A DNA stretch of 64,000 nt from Lama guanicoe (Eukaryota), in the NCBI GenBank assembly GCA_013239625.1, contig MU055362.1:17827448-17891447 (forward strand), read 5' to 3'. The notes under the pieces are model-generated. The model was not told the DNA's origin, did not search any database, and saw only the letters and a program-made list of their open reading frames with translations. This document shows positions 42,541-55,362 of the stretch, piece after piece. A program made the translations under genes and the position numbers. Numbering within the stretch: the first letter of the stretch is position 1; each line of letters starts with the position of its first letter.

Positions 42541-44204
42541 CTAAGGGTGTGGACGAGCACTGCCAGCTTTATTAGTGATTACGATCCACTTCTGCTTGGT
42601 TAGGTGGGCTTAAAATCACAGGGGAATGTGAATTCCGTCCAGATGAGCTTCAGAAACAGAAGCTCCAACTTCAGGAGCCCTTTGCAGTAAATTCACTGCT
42701 GCTTAATAAAGCAGCATCCAGTCACGAACATCCAGGCTCTCCTTGCACGCTGTAACGGCTCTTCCATGATGCAGGGCCAGGCACCAGGCTAGCCAAGGAC
42801 CCCGTCAACTGCCCCACTGGTTTAGTCCGAGATTAGACCATCTCTAAGTCTGGTTGAGATAAAGCCTGATTCTGTGAGAAGCTTGTTTAATTCATCGCCA
42901 TTAATAATGATCGCTAATGCGCAGCACAGGGAGTGCATCTTCGGGCCTGAACTGTATGTGCACTGCATGGATTCTCAGTCAATCTGTCCTACACCCTACC
43001 AGGCCTGTACTATTTTTATCACCAGTTTACAGAAGAATCAATTCTGAGGCTGAGAGAGGCCAAATAACTTGGTCAAGGTTAGTTAGGAAGTAGCAACATT
43101 GGAATTTTAAAGCTAGATCTTTCCAATTTCTGAACCTACACTCTAGCCACTATATTTTACATCCTCCAAGTTTTATTTGAAAATAGTTATGTTTATATTA
43201 ACTGTAAGACTCTATGTGTTCATCTTGTTACATAAACAATATAACAGGACCCTTCTTGATTTCCAACAGTAGTAGTAAAAACAGTAAAGACTGCGACTCC
43301 ATGTTTGGAGAAGAGAGGGCATTTTATTGAGGCTACTTGGAAGGATAGGTGTGCAAGCTGGGTGAGAGCAGACAGGCTGCAGGTGGACTGTCACAAAGAG
43401 TGGCCACTTCTAAGTCAAAGAGAGTTTAATTAAGATTTTAAGACAATCACTGTATCTAGGGTTCATGAGATTCTGCTGGGAAGAGATGAGGAATAGTGAC
43501 AGAGCTAATGGTGAGCCAGGCCAGGACGCTAGCACTATCCAGAGCTGGAACCTGCTGACTCTTATTTACAGGCCTATCCAGGCACCCAGGGCAGGTGGTG
43601 ACCACACTTATGTGAGTATGGGAAGATGCCGCGCCTCTTTCATTTGGTCATTTATTCCCTTCCCGATCCCTTTTAAGGAGGAGAATATTCAAGGGACTGC
43701 AAAGGCTGAAGCTCTGGCAGAGAGTGGATGTGTTCTGTGAGCCTCCAGAAAGCAGAGTGAGGACCAGTGTGGGAAATCAGAGGTGGTGAGATTTCAGCTT
43801 GACAGAGAGAAGGGTTTGAAATAAGAAATGTCTGAAGTTTGGAGGCAGTGCACAGTTCCACTCCTGGGCATGGCCAAGCAGAGACAAGGTGGTGTTAGGG
43901 ATTTTGTAGGGCAGCAGCTCTGGAAGATCAGCAGCAGAACTCCTCTACAGGGAGGTACTCACCTCACCCCACCACAAACATCGCTGATATCAGAATAAAT
44001 GTCATCAAGAATCCACTCCAGGATGCAAGCCAGTTACATCTGTCCCTTTCTGCAGGTCATGGACAAATGCCCACCCCAACTGGCCTTGTTTCCAAGGCAG
44101 CCAGCCAAGCCTTGGAACCTGGCATGGAGGAGGCATGGCTAATCCTCTCCAGCCTAGAGATGCCCTTATCTTGTCCTTAGAGGGTCCCTGGCTTTCCCAC
44201 TCAC

Positions 44205-44374
44205 CTGCAGAAGNNNNNNNNNNNNNNNNNNNNNNNNNNNNNNNNNNNNNNNNNNNNNNNNNNNNNNNNNNNNNNNNNNNNNNNNNNNNNNNNNNNNNNN
44301 NNNNNNNNNNNNNNNNNNNNNNNNNNNNNNNNNNNNNNNNNNNNNNNNNNNNNNNNNNNNNNNNNNNNNNNNNN
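44205..44374 (-). CDS. CNNM1: CNNM1 exon 4; only the last 9 nt are visible, the rest is in the N-gap and the 5' end is inferred
   Basis: CTT CTG CAG|gtgagt (LLQ plus donor) at 44213-44205; ctgac branch-like motif and pyrimidine tract on the far side of the gap; 170-nt length inferred from the orthologous exon and phase 1/0 requirement. Confidence 0.75.
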
Positions 44375-44385
44375 NNNNNNNNNNN
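44214..44385. other. Assembly gap (172 N) covering most of CNNM1 exon 4
   Basis: N run. Confidence 1.
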
Positions 44386-44652
44386 TGAGAGGCAGGAGGA
44401 GTCAGCAGCTAGGAGGAGTCAGGGTGGGCACAACCAGGGCCATTCATGCTCCCAGACACAAAGCTAGCAGAGTTCCTGCAATTCTCTCACAATGTATGTG
44501 TCTGGCAGGGGAGGGGTCTTAAAGCCTAAGGCCTTCCCCATGCCCTCTGGGGATGTGTGTCCCTGCATGGGCATCTCAGGAGAAACTGGTCATCATTTTG
44601 GCAATGTCAGTTTTGTTATTTTCTCTTTGATTGTATTGAAAGTTGAGCATAC

Positions 44653-44986
44653 ACTTAAAAAAGAAGGCAGTCTTGCCATTTGTAACAACGTGGATGAACC
44701 CGGAGGACATTATGCTTACTGACATAGCCAGACACAGCGGGACAAGTACTACATGATACCACTTATAGGATGAACCTAAAATAGTCAAACTCATGAAGCA
44801 GAGCGTGGAAATGCCCAGGGCTACGGGGAGGAGGGGATGGGCAGGTATTAGTTAAAAGGTACAGAGTTTCAGTTACACCAGATGAATAAATCCCAGAGAT
44901 CTACTGCACAGCATAGTGCTTATAGTTAACAATACTAGACTGTATACTTAAAAATCTGTTAAGACAGTAGATCTTATGTTAACCAC

Positions 44987-45031
<45 letters not shown>

Positions 45032-45200
45032 GAGGGTGGGAGGAAACTCTTGGAGGTGATGGCTCTGTTTATGGCACAGATTGTGATGATGGTTTCATGG
45101 GTGTATGTTTATCTTCAAACTCATCAAGTTGTATACATTAAACGTGTACAATTTCTTCGTGTGTCAATCATACCTCAATACAGTAGTTTAAAAAAAAAAG
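44653..45200 (+). mobile_element. L1MA/MB-type 3' end with internal (TAA)n at ~44988-45028
   Basis: ttgccatttgtaacaacgtggatgaacccggaggacattatgc...catcaagttgtatacattaaac...tacctcaata followed by poly(A). Confidence 0.85.
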
Positions 45201-46191
45201 AGTTGGTGATGGATAAATAAGCCATGTGAACAACGAAGGCTTTGATTCTATAATCAAATGAAATACAGAGGATTTAATCTGACTTATTTGTATGATATAT
45301 ATCTATTGAATGAAATGAAAGTTAACAGAAACAGTTAAGTATTTAAGTGGTGAGTTCTCAATAATGAGAAGCACCATTGCATCATATTTACATGTTAATA
45401 GATGTAATTATGTATTATTTTGTTGTGTTATGTTATACTATTTATACTATTATATTGTATTATAGTATATCATTATATTGACAGATACAGCTTACTTGTT
45501 CTAGGAAATCAGATAGCCCGTAGTTAAAAGAAATCTGTGTTCAGAACTAGGTCACATGTTGAGAACTCTAAAGAAGCTCCAATTTAAAATTTTCTATTTT
45601 TTAGTACCTGAAACAGTATTAGTGCTCATTCTATACTCAATAAATATATGTTGGATTAATTAAGTATTGAACTTAGTAATATGTGTGATGATTCTAGATC
45701 AGCATGTTAATTAGGCATGGATGAGAAGGTTAGAAGGCTCAAAGACAAATTCTACCTTCTTTACAGGAAGGAGAAATTTATTTTTAGATCTTTTAACTTT
45801 TTTTTCTTTCCAAAGATTCCAGGATTCACAATCCACATTTGTATTTTAAGAACTCATAGCTCATAGGCCTACATGGCCCCTGGAGGGTCCTGTGGCCCAG
45901 GGCCTTTGTGGCTGGGCAGGACATCACCTTTCCCTCCCAATGAACCCTCTGGGGTACCCCAACTCCTGCCAGGAAGCAAGCGGAGGAAGGGAAAAGCGCA
46001 GGAGTGGATTCCTCAGCTCTTTTCTGGAGAAGAAGAAAGAAAAGCGGAGTTGTGTTGTACTCACTTCCTCCCTAAAGGATCAGGCGTGGGGCTGAAAATG
46101 ACAGTATGTGGAGTCCTATCACCCCACCTACCCTCCCTTCCTGGAACAGTAGTTCTCAGTCCCGGCATTGAAATTAGGTTGCAAGGTATCA

Positions 46192-46452
<261 letters not shown>

Positions 46453-48324
46453 TCACTGTTGATTTTTGGAGGTTTTTCCAGAGTCATCTGAGACAGATAG
46501 GTCCTCTGGGACCACAGGGATTTCTGCAAAGTGTCAACTGTAGGTGACATCACAGCATCTCCTTCCCAGGCAGGGGAAGGATGTTGATAAGGGACAGAAG
46601 GTTGGAGACACTGCAAGGTTGGAGACACTGCCATGTCTCAGTGTTATCTGCACTGAGGTGGTGGATGGTGGAAAACGGGAAAGCCCAGCCTGGAGCTCCC
46701 AAGCTCAGGCTTCTAGGGCTGGCTCCCCTGCTTATGGACTGTGCAACCTCTCTAAGCATCAGAGTGTTTGTGTGTTTTAATCTATAGAATGAGGTTAGTG
46801 ATTAATCCTAACTCTTCTGCTCATCTCGGGCAGTTATTATGAGACTCCAACCAGAACCTATCTGTGAAATGCTTACAAAAAGGCGTTCAAATACAAGGGA
46901 CTTGCATTCTTAGCGTCAAGGACTTTGGCAGGGCCCGGGGGTTCTGCCTCTGCCCTTTTCCTGGCCCCAGAGATGGGCTCACCTGGTTTCTTCCTGCTTA
47001 TTCAAATCACACTCTGGGCCCTCCCTGAGGCATGCCACCCAAGGGAGGAGGACAGTCACCCCCTTTTCCCACTCACAGTTCTCCTGCTTCAACTCTGGCC
47101 CCTCCATGGGGAGAGAATTGGGAGAAATAAAGGAAAGAAGAGAGGAGGAAAAATTGGAATAGCTCTATAATCCATAATCCCTGGTTCCTTCATGGGGGCC
47201 TCAGGCAGGATTACAGTGATTATTGATTGAGAAAATTTGCTTTTTTCAATTAATTTTTTCTTCCTGCTTTTTAAAAGCTTGTCTTAATAAAATATATTTG
47301 GGAGTTTAGGAGAATGTTTTCTTTGATCATGTTTCTTTTGCTTTCCCTTAGTTTTGAGTAAAATTTTGAAACTTTGGCCTATCTCAACCTTGTCAGCTGT
47401 GGGGACAGCCCTGAGCACAGGTTACGGGGAATGGGATTTGGGTTTCCTCCAATTCTTTTGCTGTCACTAATGAGCAACCTTCTGATTTGCATGACATGTT
47501 TGTCTAAATACCCCTTCCCCCTCCTCCATCAGAAGCCACTGAATATTTATTTCATCATTAGCGAATCAGTCCCTCTTTATTCCTTCTATTTTAATAGTGA
47601 GTATTTGGAGTATTAAGGCTGTTCAAACAGATGCCCTAGGAGGAGCTGACCCATGTAGACCCCCATCGCTACTATCAGCCACTAACACTTCAGTGTGAAT
47701 GTCTTCACCAGTAGGTCTATTGAGATATTGGAGAATTCTAAATCAAGGTTGGGGGGCAGAGGTGGAGAAGGGCGAAGAGGACAGGAGAGAGAGATCAACC
47801 CCTATTTCAAGAAGACAGGCTGGGCCCAGGCACCAAGTAATAACAGACACTGTGACACTCACTATGTTTTGTCAAGGCCTGGCCCACACTTCGGGTCTCA
47901 TCTCTTCTTACTCCAAAGGGCACAAACACTCTTTCTACACCACTGGCTGCCTTAGAGTCTCAAAGCTTTTTCTGCTGAGCTAGTTTCTGAACAGCTGCCT
48001 CTGGCAAACTAAGGGGCCTGGAATGGGTTATCCGAGGGGAGGAAAAGAGACTGCTATCCCAGGCGATGAAATTGGGAGGAGGAAACCCTTCCTGGCCTAG
48101 GGACTCCCATGGATTTAGATAACACTCCCATCCCAGAGAAAAGCAGGCCTTTGTAACGTTTGCAAGCAAAGTTTTGATAAGACTCAGTAACCAAAAGGAG
48201 TCACTCTCTGCACAGAGAAGTCTGTGTTGTTCCTGAGGAGGGAGTGAGCAGGAGGGTGAGGAGGCCCGAAAGGAGGGAGCAGGGACCAGAGCCAGGGCTG
48301 GGAAGGAAGGAGACGGAGAATTCA

Positions 48325-48999
<675 letters not shown>

Positions 49000-49461
49000 T
49001 CACAGTTAAGAATCTGGGGCATTTTCAGAGAACGTTCCTTGTGAGAAAATTATACTAAGTTGCCCTCTGACCAATGTTGGAACTGAACCTATCCCAGGAC
49101 CTCTTTAAAATATCAAGTTTGTGTACAAGCTCTTATAAATGCAAACTTTATACTTTTCAATCTGTCTCTTTTTAGGAAAGTTACCCAACATACACAAAGC
49201 CATTAAAATTGTTTTCTTTAATTTTCATATATTAGCAAGTATATAATAAGCTGAAGGAGGATGAATAATCGAATTGGAAGAATAAGAATTTGGAGTCAGA
49301 AGTATTAGGTTAGAAGCCTTTTTCCCTCCTGCAAACTTTCCTGTCTCCCCCACCCCCTCACTCCATCTAGTCCAGTTATATCTGTGCAACTGACCCTGGA
49401 CAAATTATTTAACCTGTACTGAGTCTCAAACTCCTCACCTAGAATTAGGGAGTAATACCAG

Positions 49462-49963
49462 TCTGGTGATTTTGAAACATGGCCCCCCAATTCTTTGATA
49501 CACCTCCCACTGAGAGGTGTGGTCTACTCCTCTTCCCTTGGGTGTGGGCAGGCTTGTGACTGCTTCAACCAATAGAGAATAGGGAAGCATCTGCTCTGAG
49601 ACTTCTGAGGCTGGGTCATAAAAGGCATGTAGAGACACTCTAAGAAGTCTGATGACTACCCTGAGGCCACCATGGTGCAGAGGCCCAAGTAGGTGCTGAG
49701 GTGACAGCCCCGGCTGAGCCTGGCCTCTGAGTGATCCCCCCAAAGTGCCAGACAGGTTAGTGAGGAAGCCACCTTAGTGGTGGATCCAGCCCCACCTTCT
49801 GCCATCCTCCCCAGCCACCCAGCTCCTCTCCAGCTGTGGGCACACTCAGAGCCAAGCAGAGATAAGGAATTCCTGACTCAGAATTTGTGAGCATAATAAA
49901 ATGGCTGCTGTTTCATGCTTCCAAGTTTTGGGTGGCTTGTTAGCAGCAAAGGGAACTAGGACA
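49462..49963 (+). mobile_element. Solo MLT1 (G/H-like) LTR inserted into a MIR
   Basis: gcttgtgactgcttcaaccaatagag...aggctgggtcataaaagg...ttttgggtggcttgttagcagca...ggaca; 5-nt TSD accag at 49457-49461 and 49964-49968; MIR core on both sides. Confidence 0.8.
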
Positions 49964-50084
49964 ACCAGCATCCATAAGGTGACTGTGGAGCTCAAATGAC
50001 CTAGCAGGTGTGCGAAAGCGCTTTGCAAACTATAAAATGTCACAGGCAGTTAGTTAATTTTTATTGCCCGACAACTGAAAACAA

Positions 50085-50300
50085 CAGTTAACATTTCTTG
50101 AGCTCTAACTACATGCCAGGTACCACTCGGAGCACTTCACATACATAGATTCATTTAATCCTCATAACGACCCCTGAGACAAGTACTTTTATTATCCTCA
50201 TTTTACAGATGAAACAACTGAGGCACAGATTGGTTAAGTAACATACCTAAAGTCACACAGCATGTAAGTCACAGAGCTGGATTGTGAACCCAGGTAACTG
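50085..50300 (-). mobile_element. MIR
   Basis: attatcctcattttacagatgaaacaactgaggcacaga...aagtcacacagc. Confidence 0.8.
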
Positions 50301-52211
50301 GATTAAGTCCTAGCCTAGGGACTGAGTCTTGCTTAACAGTCCTGCTTCACCTTGGTTTGTTTCTATCTGCTGATAGATATATTTCCTGGACCTCTTTCTA
50401 AAATGCAAAACTTCTTCTTGGCTAAGAGACATTTAAGGAGAATATCTAGGATACTGACTCAGATGTTATTCTTGCCAAAAAAAAGAAAAAAAAGGAAGTT
50501 CATTCCTTATCAGTGTTGCCTTTTATAAGCTTTTGCTTGGTCATTGCTAAAAATATCAGATAAGAGGAACAGTCAGTTTGCTGGAGGCATAATTAACCAT
50601 TAAAATTTAAACACATGAACTTCTGTATCAAATACCTCAAATCGAAAGATAGCTACTTATTGGGATTTCTAACGGGAAAGACAGCATTTGTATCACTCAA
50701 GAATGGTCTCTAATTTCTTTTCCACCTTCAACCTGTCCTTCAGCTTACTCTCCAAGTGATCTGATCATGCCACTACCCCGCTCAAACACCCTCCATGGCT
50801 CCCTAGCATGCACCAAATCAAATCTAGACTCATTAGTTTGATATTATCAAGACTGTAAAATGTGGCTCTTCCCTGGCTTTCTGAGTGAGCACTCTGCTAC
50901 GTCCCCTAATCATCCTGGACTCCAGGTGCACCAGGTTACCCCCAGCTCCTCAACTTCGTCCATGTCCACTTTCTAAGTCTTCGCTCACATTGCTTCCTTC
51001 TCCCACCCTGTCTCCCTTGGCCCTTCAAGTTCCAGCTCAGGTGCCAACTCCTCAAAAAAGCCCTCTGTATTTGCGCTATCCTGAATCTGAACCAACCTCT
51101 CCTTGCCTGTTTCTAAGCCCTTGATAACTCCATCAGAGAATTCATCACAATTTGCTGTTTCTTGTAACTAGTAATGTGCTTGGTCTTTATGGGATCATGT
51201 TTTCTCCTAAGATCGTAAGCTTCCTCAGGACAAAGGCTCATATACTTAGGATTCTTTCCATAACAGCCAGTCAGTAAGTGCCTGATGAACTGAACTAAGA
51301 TTGAAGAAAAATCCATAACTGATACAATAGATGATATTAAAACCAGACACTAAAGCCTTTTTAAAAAATACAATGTGTTTAAGTTGAAATTTAAACTCTA
51401 CACCAGTGGTTCTAAAACTATCCTTTGAAACAACTACATCCTGCCCAACTGGACTGAAGTATTTTGTAGTTTAAATAAGATTATGTTAATTGTTAAAATG
51501 TGCTCAATTTAAAGTTTTTTTTCAACACATGTTCTTAAACTTCTGGCACCTGTTCTCACTTTTCTGCTAACATGTGCTAGCAGATGACAAAACAAATGAC
51601 TACATAATGGAAAAAATTAGGAAAGTGATTTCTTAAAATTATTTTCTATAATTGGGTAATTTTTGTTATATGGAGCCCAGAATATGTATAATACAACCAT
51701 ACTTCCTGCCACTGAGAGATTAGTTCATACAATGGGATTACATAAATTAACATTTTAAGTTGTTTCACAAAAAGTACAGTGACTTCTAAGTGAAAACCCA
51801 CCATTGGTCTACACCTGATAAGGTCAGTTTGAGAACAAACTATATGATCACTAGGGAATAGAGATTTTCAGTCCTAATGATATAATGTTCAAGACAATGT
51901 ACTTATGTAATCTATTTAGAAGCATCTTATAATTCACAATCAGTCTTTATGAGTCCCACAAATGCCTGTAGAGATCTACAAACAACTGAAGGAAGTCGTC
52001 CTTTCTTGGGTATAGCCTGGAACAGGAATCCGCAATCACATAACCCTGTTCTGAGCTGACACTCAAGGGGACAAGAAAACCAGCTGTTCCCATGACACAC
52101 ATACCTAAGGTCCTTCCCTCAAAAAGGCTGGCCTTTAAGAGACCTATCTGCTGGTACCCCTCCTTTTCCTAGGCCCCTGAAGTGTTGGGCATAGCCCCAA
52201 ATGAAGCAAGA

Positions 52212-52504
52212 ATTTTAAAAGATTATTTCTTTAGGATCATTACATTTTTGGGGGGTGAATAATATTTTACTTAGTCATTTTCGTTTACAACTGAAACTCT
52301 GGGAATCTAAAATTAACATCTTTGGGGCAGGTAATTTGGTTTGTTTGTTTGTTTGTTTTAGAGGAGGTACTGGGAATAAACCCAGAACCTCATGCACGTT
52401 AAGCATGCACTCTACCACTTGAGCTATACCCCTCTCCCCGCCAAATTAACATCCTTGCCTGTGAGCTTCTTATAGACATCAGAAAATGTTTCAACCTTGT
52501 GTTC
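52212..52504 (-). pseudogene. RPS7: 5'-truncated RPS7 processed pseudogene, interrupted by a SINE
   Basis: With the SINE and one TSD removed, the - strand reads [28 protein letters not shown] then acgaaaatgactaagtaaaa, matching the RPS7 C-terminus ([28 protein letters not shown]) and short 3'UTR; degraded A tail. Confidence 0.9.
52321..52442 (-). mobile_element. tRNA-Ala-derived SINE (Vic-1-like) inside the RPS7 retrocopy
   Basis: aagcatgcactctaccacttgagctatacccc; TSD aaattaacatc at 52310-52320 and 52443-52453. Confidence 0.9.
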
Positions 52505-53394
52505 TGAACAAGATGGCACATGAAGAAGAGCAAAGCTGAGCTGAACCGGTGATGTTGAGGGGCTGCTAAGAGCTTTGCTCTGCACAGTCTCAGCCTACAG
52601 GCAAGTCTAAAGCAATTGGGTCCCTGGAAAAATCACCCTTCCAACAGTCAAAGTGACAAACGTTAAGCTTGCTAATTCCAAAAGCCTATTGGATCTCATT
52701 AAGATATAATGAGGCAAAAGGTAATTCTTTAAATAGAAAACTCGTGAATGCTACTACTTTATGAGGTATTTTTACATGTCCTTTGACCATACTATCGTCA
52801 CACTAAACACCAACGCACGGGAATCTTCTGGGCTGAGCTGAACATAAAGAAACAGTGGATTTTATGGCCATAACCTTCCTAAGACTTAAGGCTACATCTG
52901 TCCCTGTTGAAAAGAGTATATTTTATTCTGGGTTCATTGGTGTCTACTTCTGAACTGGTAACTACAGACTTTCTGGCCTCTGGCTTGAATCCCTGCCTTG
53001 TTCCTGGTATCCAGCCTCAGCGGAAGCCCCAGCCCTGTCTGATGGCTTGGCTGCCGACACGCCTTTCCTGTCTTCTAGCAGTTGTAGATTCCTTAAGCCT
53101 TGATTTGCTTCTCTTCAGCCTGGACTAGTTTCTCCCAGTCTCTGATTTACAATCCAGCTCCAGTGCTGCCTGCACCCTGATGAGACACTAAGTAGAGAAT
53201 ATGCACCAATGATCTGAGCCTTATTTGGATGAGGTTAGGATGGTTTTGGTTCCAAATGGAGAAGTAATCCTCAATGAACCATAAGGGGTCAGAGTCATAC
53301 CTTTCTGGGACAAAGTCATATTACAGCCCTGCAATAAATAGGGCCACCCAGTGAGACCCTCCACCCCAGTGCTTTGGAATGCATTTCCCTAGTT

Positions 53395-53773
53395 AAATGG
53401 TTTTCAACGCTGGCCATACATTAGAATCATCTAAGAAACTAAATATACTCTAAAGACTGGATCCCACACCCAAAGATTCTGATTTCAACAGTTTGGGATG
53501 AGGCCATGGCATCGATGGTTAAAAATGTTCCCCCAGATGATACTAACATTCAGCCAAGTCTGAGAACTATCACTTGTTTTACAGTAAGTAATGCTTCTCA
53601 AAGTGAGGTCCCTGAACCAGCAGCACCAGCATCACTGGGGAACTTCGTTAGAAATGCAAATTCTTAGGCCCCATCCCAGACTTAGTAAGTCAGAATCTCA
53701 GGGGGTATGGCCCAATGTGGTTTAATAAGCTTTATGGCTGGTTCTGATGCAGGTTAAAGTTTGAAAACCACTG
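53395..53773. mobile_element. Two adjacent MER5 elements (~53395-53570 and 53589-53773)
   Basis: MER5B-like and MER5A-like consensus (ttctcaaagtgaggtccctgaaccagcagc...ttagaaatgcaaattct...aaagtttgaaaaccactg). Confidence 0.7.
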
Positions 53774-54329
53774 GTGGGTAAGCTCTATGGCACTGTGGTT
53801 ATTTGTCTGATGACCTATTAATGAGGAAGAGAAAGGAAGAGAAACAAGCACTGAGGTGTCTAGTAAAGTCCTGGTCCCTTTGATGGATGTGGCTTAAGTC
53901 ACAAGATGCTCATGAAAAGACAGGGAAGAACCTCCTAGAACAAAGGGTATTTGTATGGCAAGCTGATGAATGCTTCCTCTCATACGATGTGGTACACCAT
54001 AACGGTATTTTGTTACAGGGAGAGAGTAGTTGTTGACTGGTTAGTGCTGAGTTTGGAAAGGGGTTTCTTATAGCTTTTGTACCAACCACCTCTGAGATAA
54101 GTTTGAGGTACTGCACTAGCTGTTAGACTCCTGGTGTGTCTGAGGTCAATAACATTTCCCACGACTGAAAGTCCAACTAGTCTTTCTGTTACCCCAAGAA
54201 TTCAAAGGGCACACTACTAGTACTGGTTACTGGTAGTGCTCTATCTCGTCACTATCTGGCATCAACATGCCAAACTGTAAGTCAAATTTCCTAGAAGGGT
54301 GACTAGGTTTTCAGACATTGCTTTTGAAG

Positions 54330-54518
54330 CAGTGGTTCTCAATTGGGGCCCCAATTTGCCCCCCAGGAAACATTTGGCAATGTCTGGAGACAATCTGGGT
54401 TGTCACAACTTGGGGCAGAAAATGCTATTGGCATCTAGTGGGTAGAGGTCAGGGATGCAGCTACACATCCTGCAGGACGGCCCCACAACAAGGAAAGTCA
54501 ATAGTGCTGAGACACTTG
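54330..54518 (+). mobile_element. MER20
   Basis: cagtggttctcaa...tttgccccccagg.aacatttggcaatgtctggagaca...gttgtcacaact...ggcatctagtgggtagagg; degenerate 8-nt TSD ttttgaag/ctttaaag. Confidence 0.85.
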
Positions 54519-54999
54519 CTTTAAAGAGACAGAACGATAGGAAGTGGCAGCAACATCACAATTGCATTTTGGCATTTGAAGAAGCTGAAATATTCTCCAA
54601 AGATCTTTAATAAGTACAGCCTTTAGATGGTTTAGGCACATCCACAGAGAAGAGCTCCTAGGGACCCTGTTAGCATACCTCCTACGCTTTGAAAAAAAAA
54701 AAAAAGAACAATTGATTTCTTTCTCTCTCTTTCAAAAATAGCTACAGCTCTTTGGTAAGGTAATTGTTCCCAAGATAAAATATAGACGCTAAGGGGAAAG
54801 CATGTTGCTTGGAAATAGAGAATTAAGGAAAGCACAAGTCATTTTATGGTTTTATGGTGTCTGCCTCATTTACGATCTTCAACTTGTAAAATATAGTGGC
54901 TTTTGCTACATTCTTATTATCCCTGGTGTCCCTACAGCATCTTTTATTCATTTGGTAGGCAGTGTTGAGTGCCTATTCTTTCTCCCCTTGGTCACGGTG

Positions 55000-55362
55000 A
55001 CCCTCTACCAGTTGAAGTATGTCCCTTGGACCAGCAGCATTGAACATCACCTGGGCACTTGTTCAAAATGTAGGTTCTTGGGTCCTACCCCTGCATTACA
55101 GAATCAGGTTCTTGGGTGGTAAGGTGGAGTCCAGGCATACTAGTGATATCCTAGGTGACTCTTATGCAAACTAGAGTTTGAGAAGCACTACTCTAAACAG
55201 TTGTTATTCAAAGTGTGGCCCTTGGACTAGAAGAATTGGCATCATCTGGGAGCTTGTGAGAGATGCAGAAGTTTGTTCACCACCCTAGCAGTTCAGTCGG
55301 AACCTGCATTTCCTCAAGATCTCCACGTGGTTCTCATGCACATTTGAGTATCAGAAGAACTG
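55000..55362 (+). mobile_element. Tandem MER5A-like pair (~55000-55190 and 55198-55362)
   Basis: Two copies of aagt.tg.ccct tggac.agcagcat...catcacctggg...cttgt...atg.ag, separated by ctctaaa. Confidence 0.7.
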
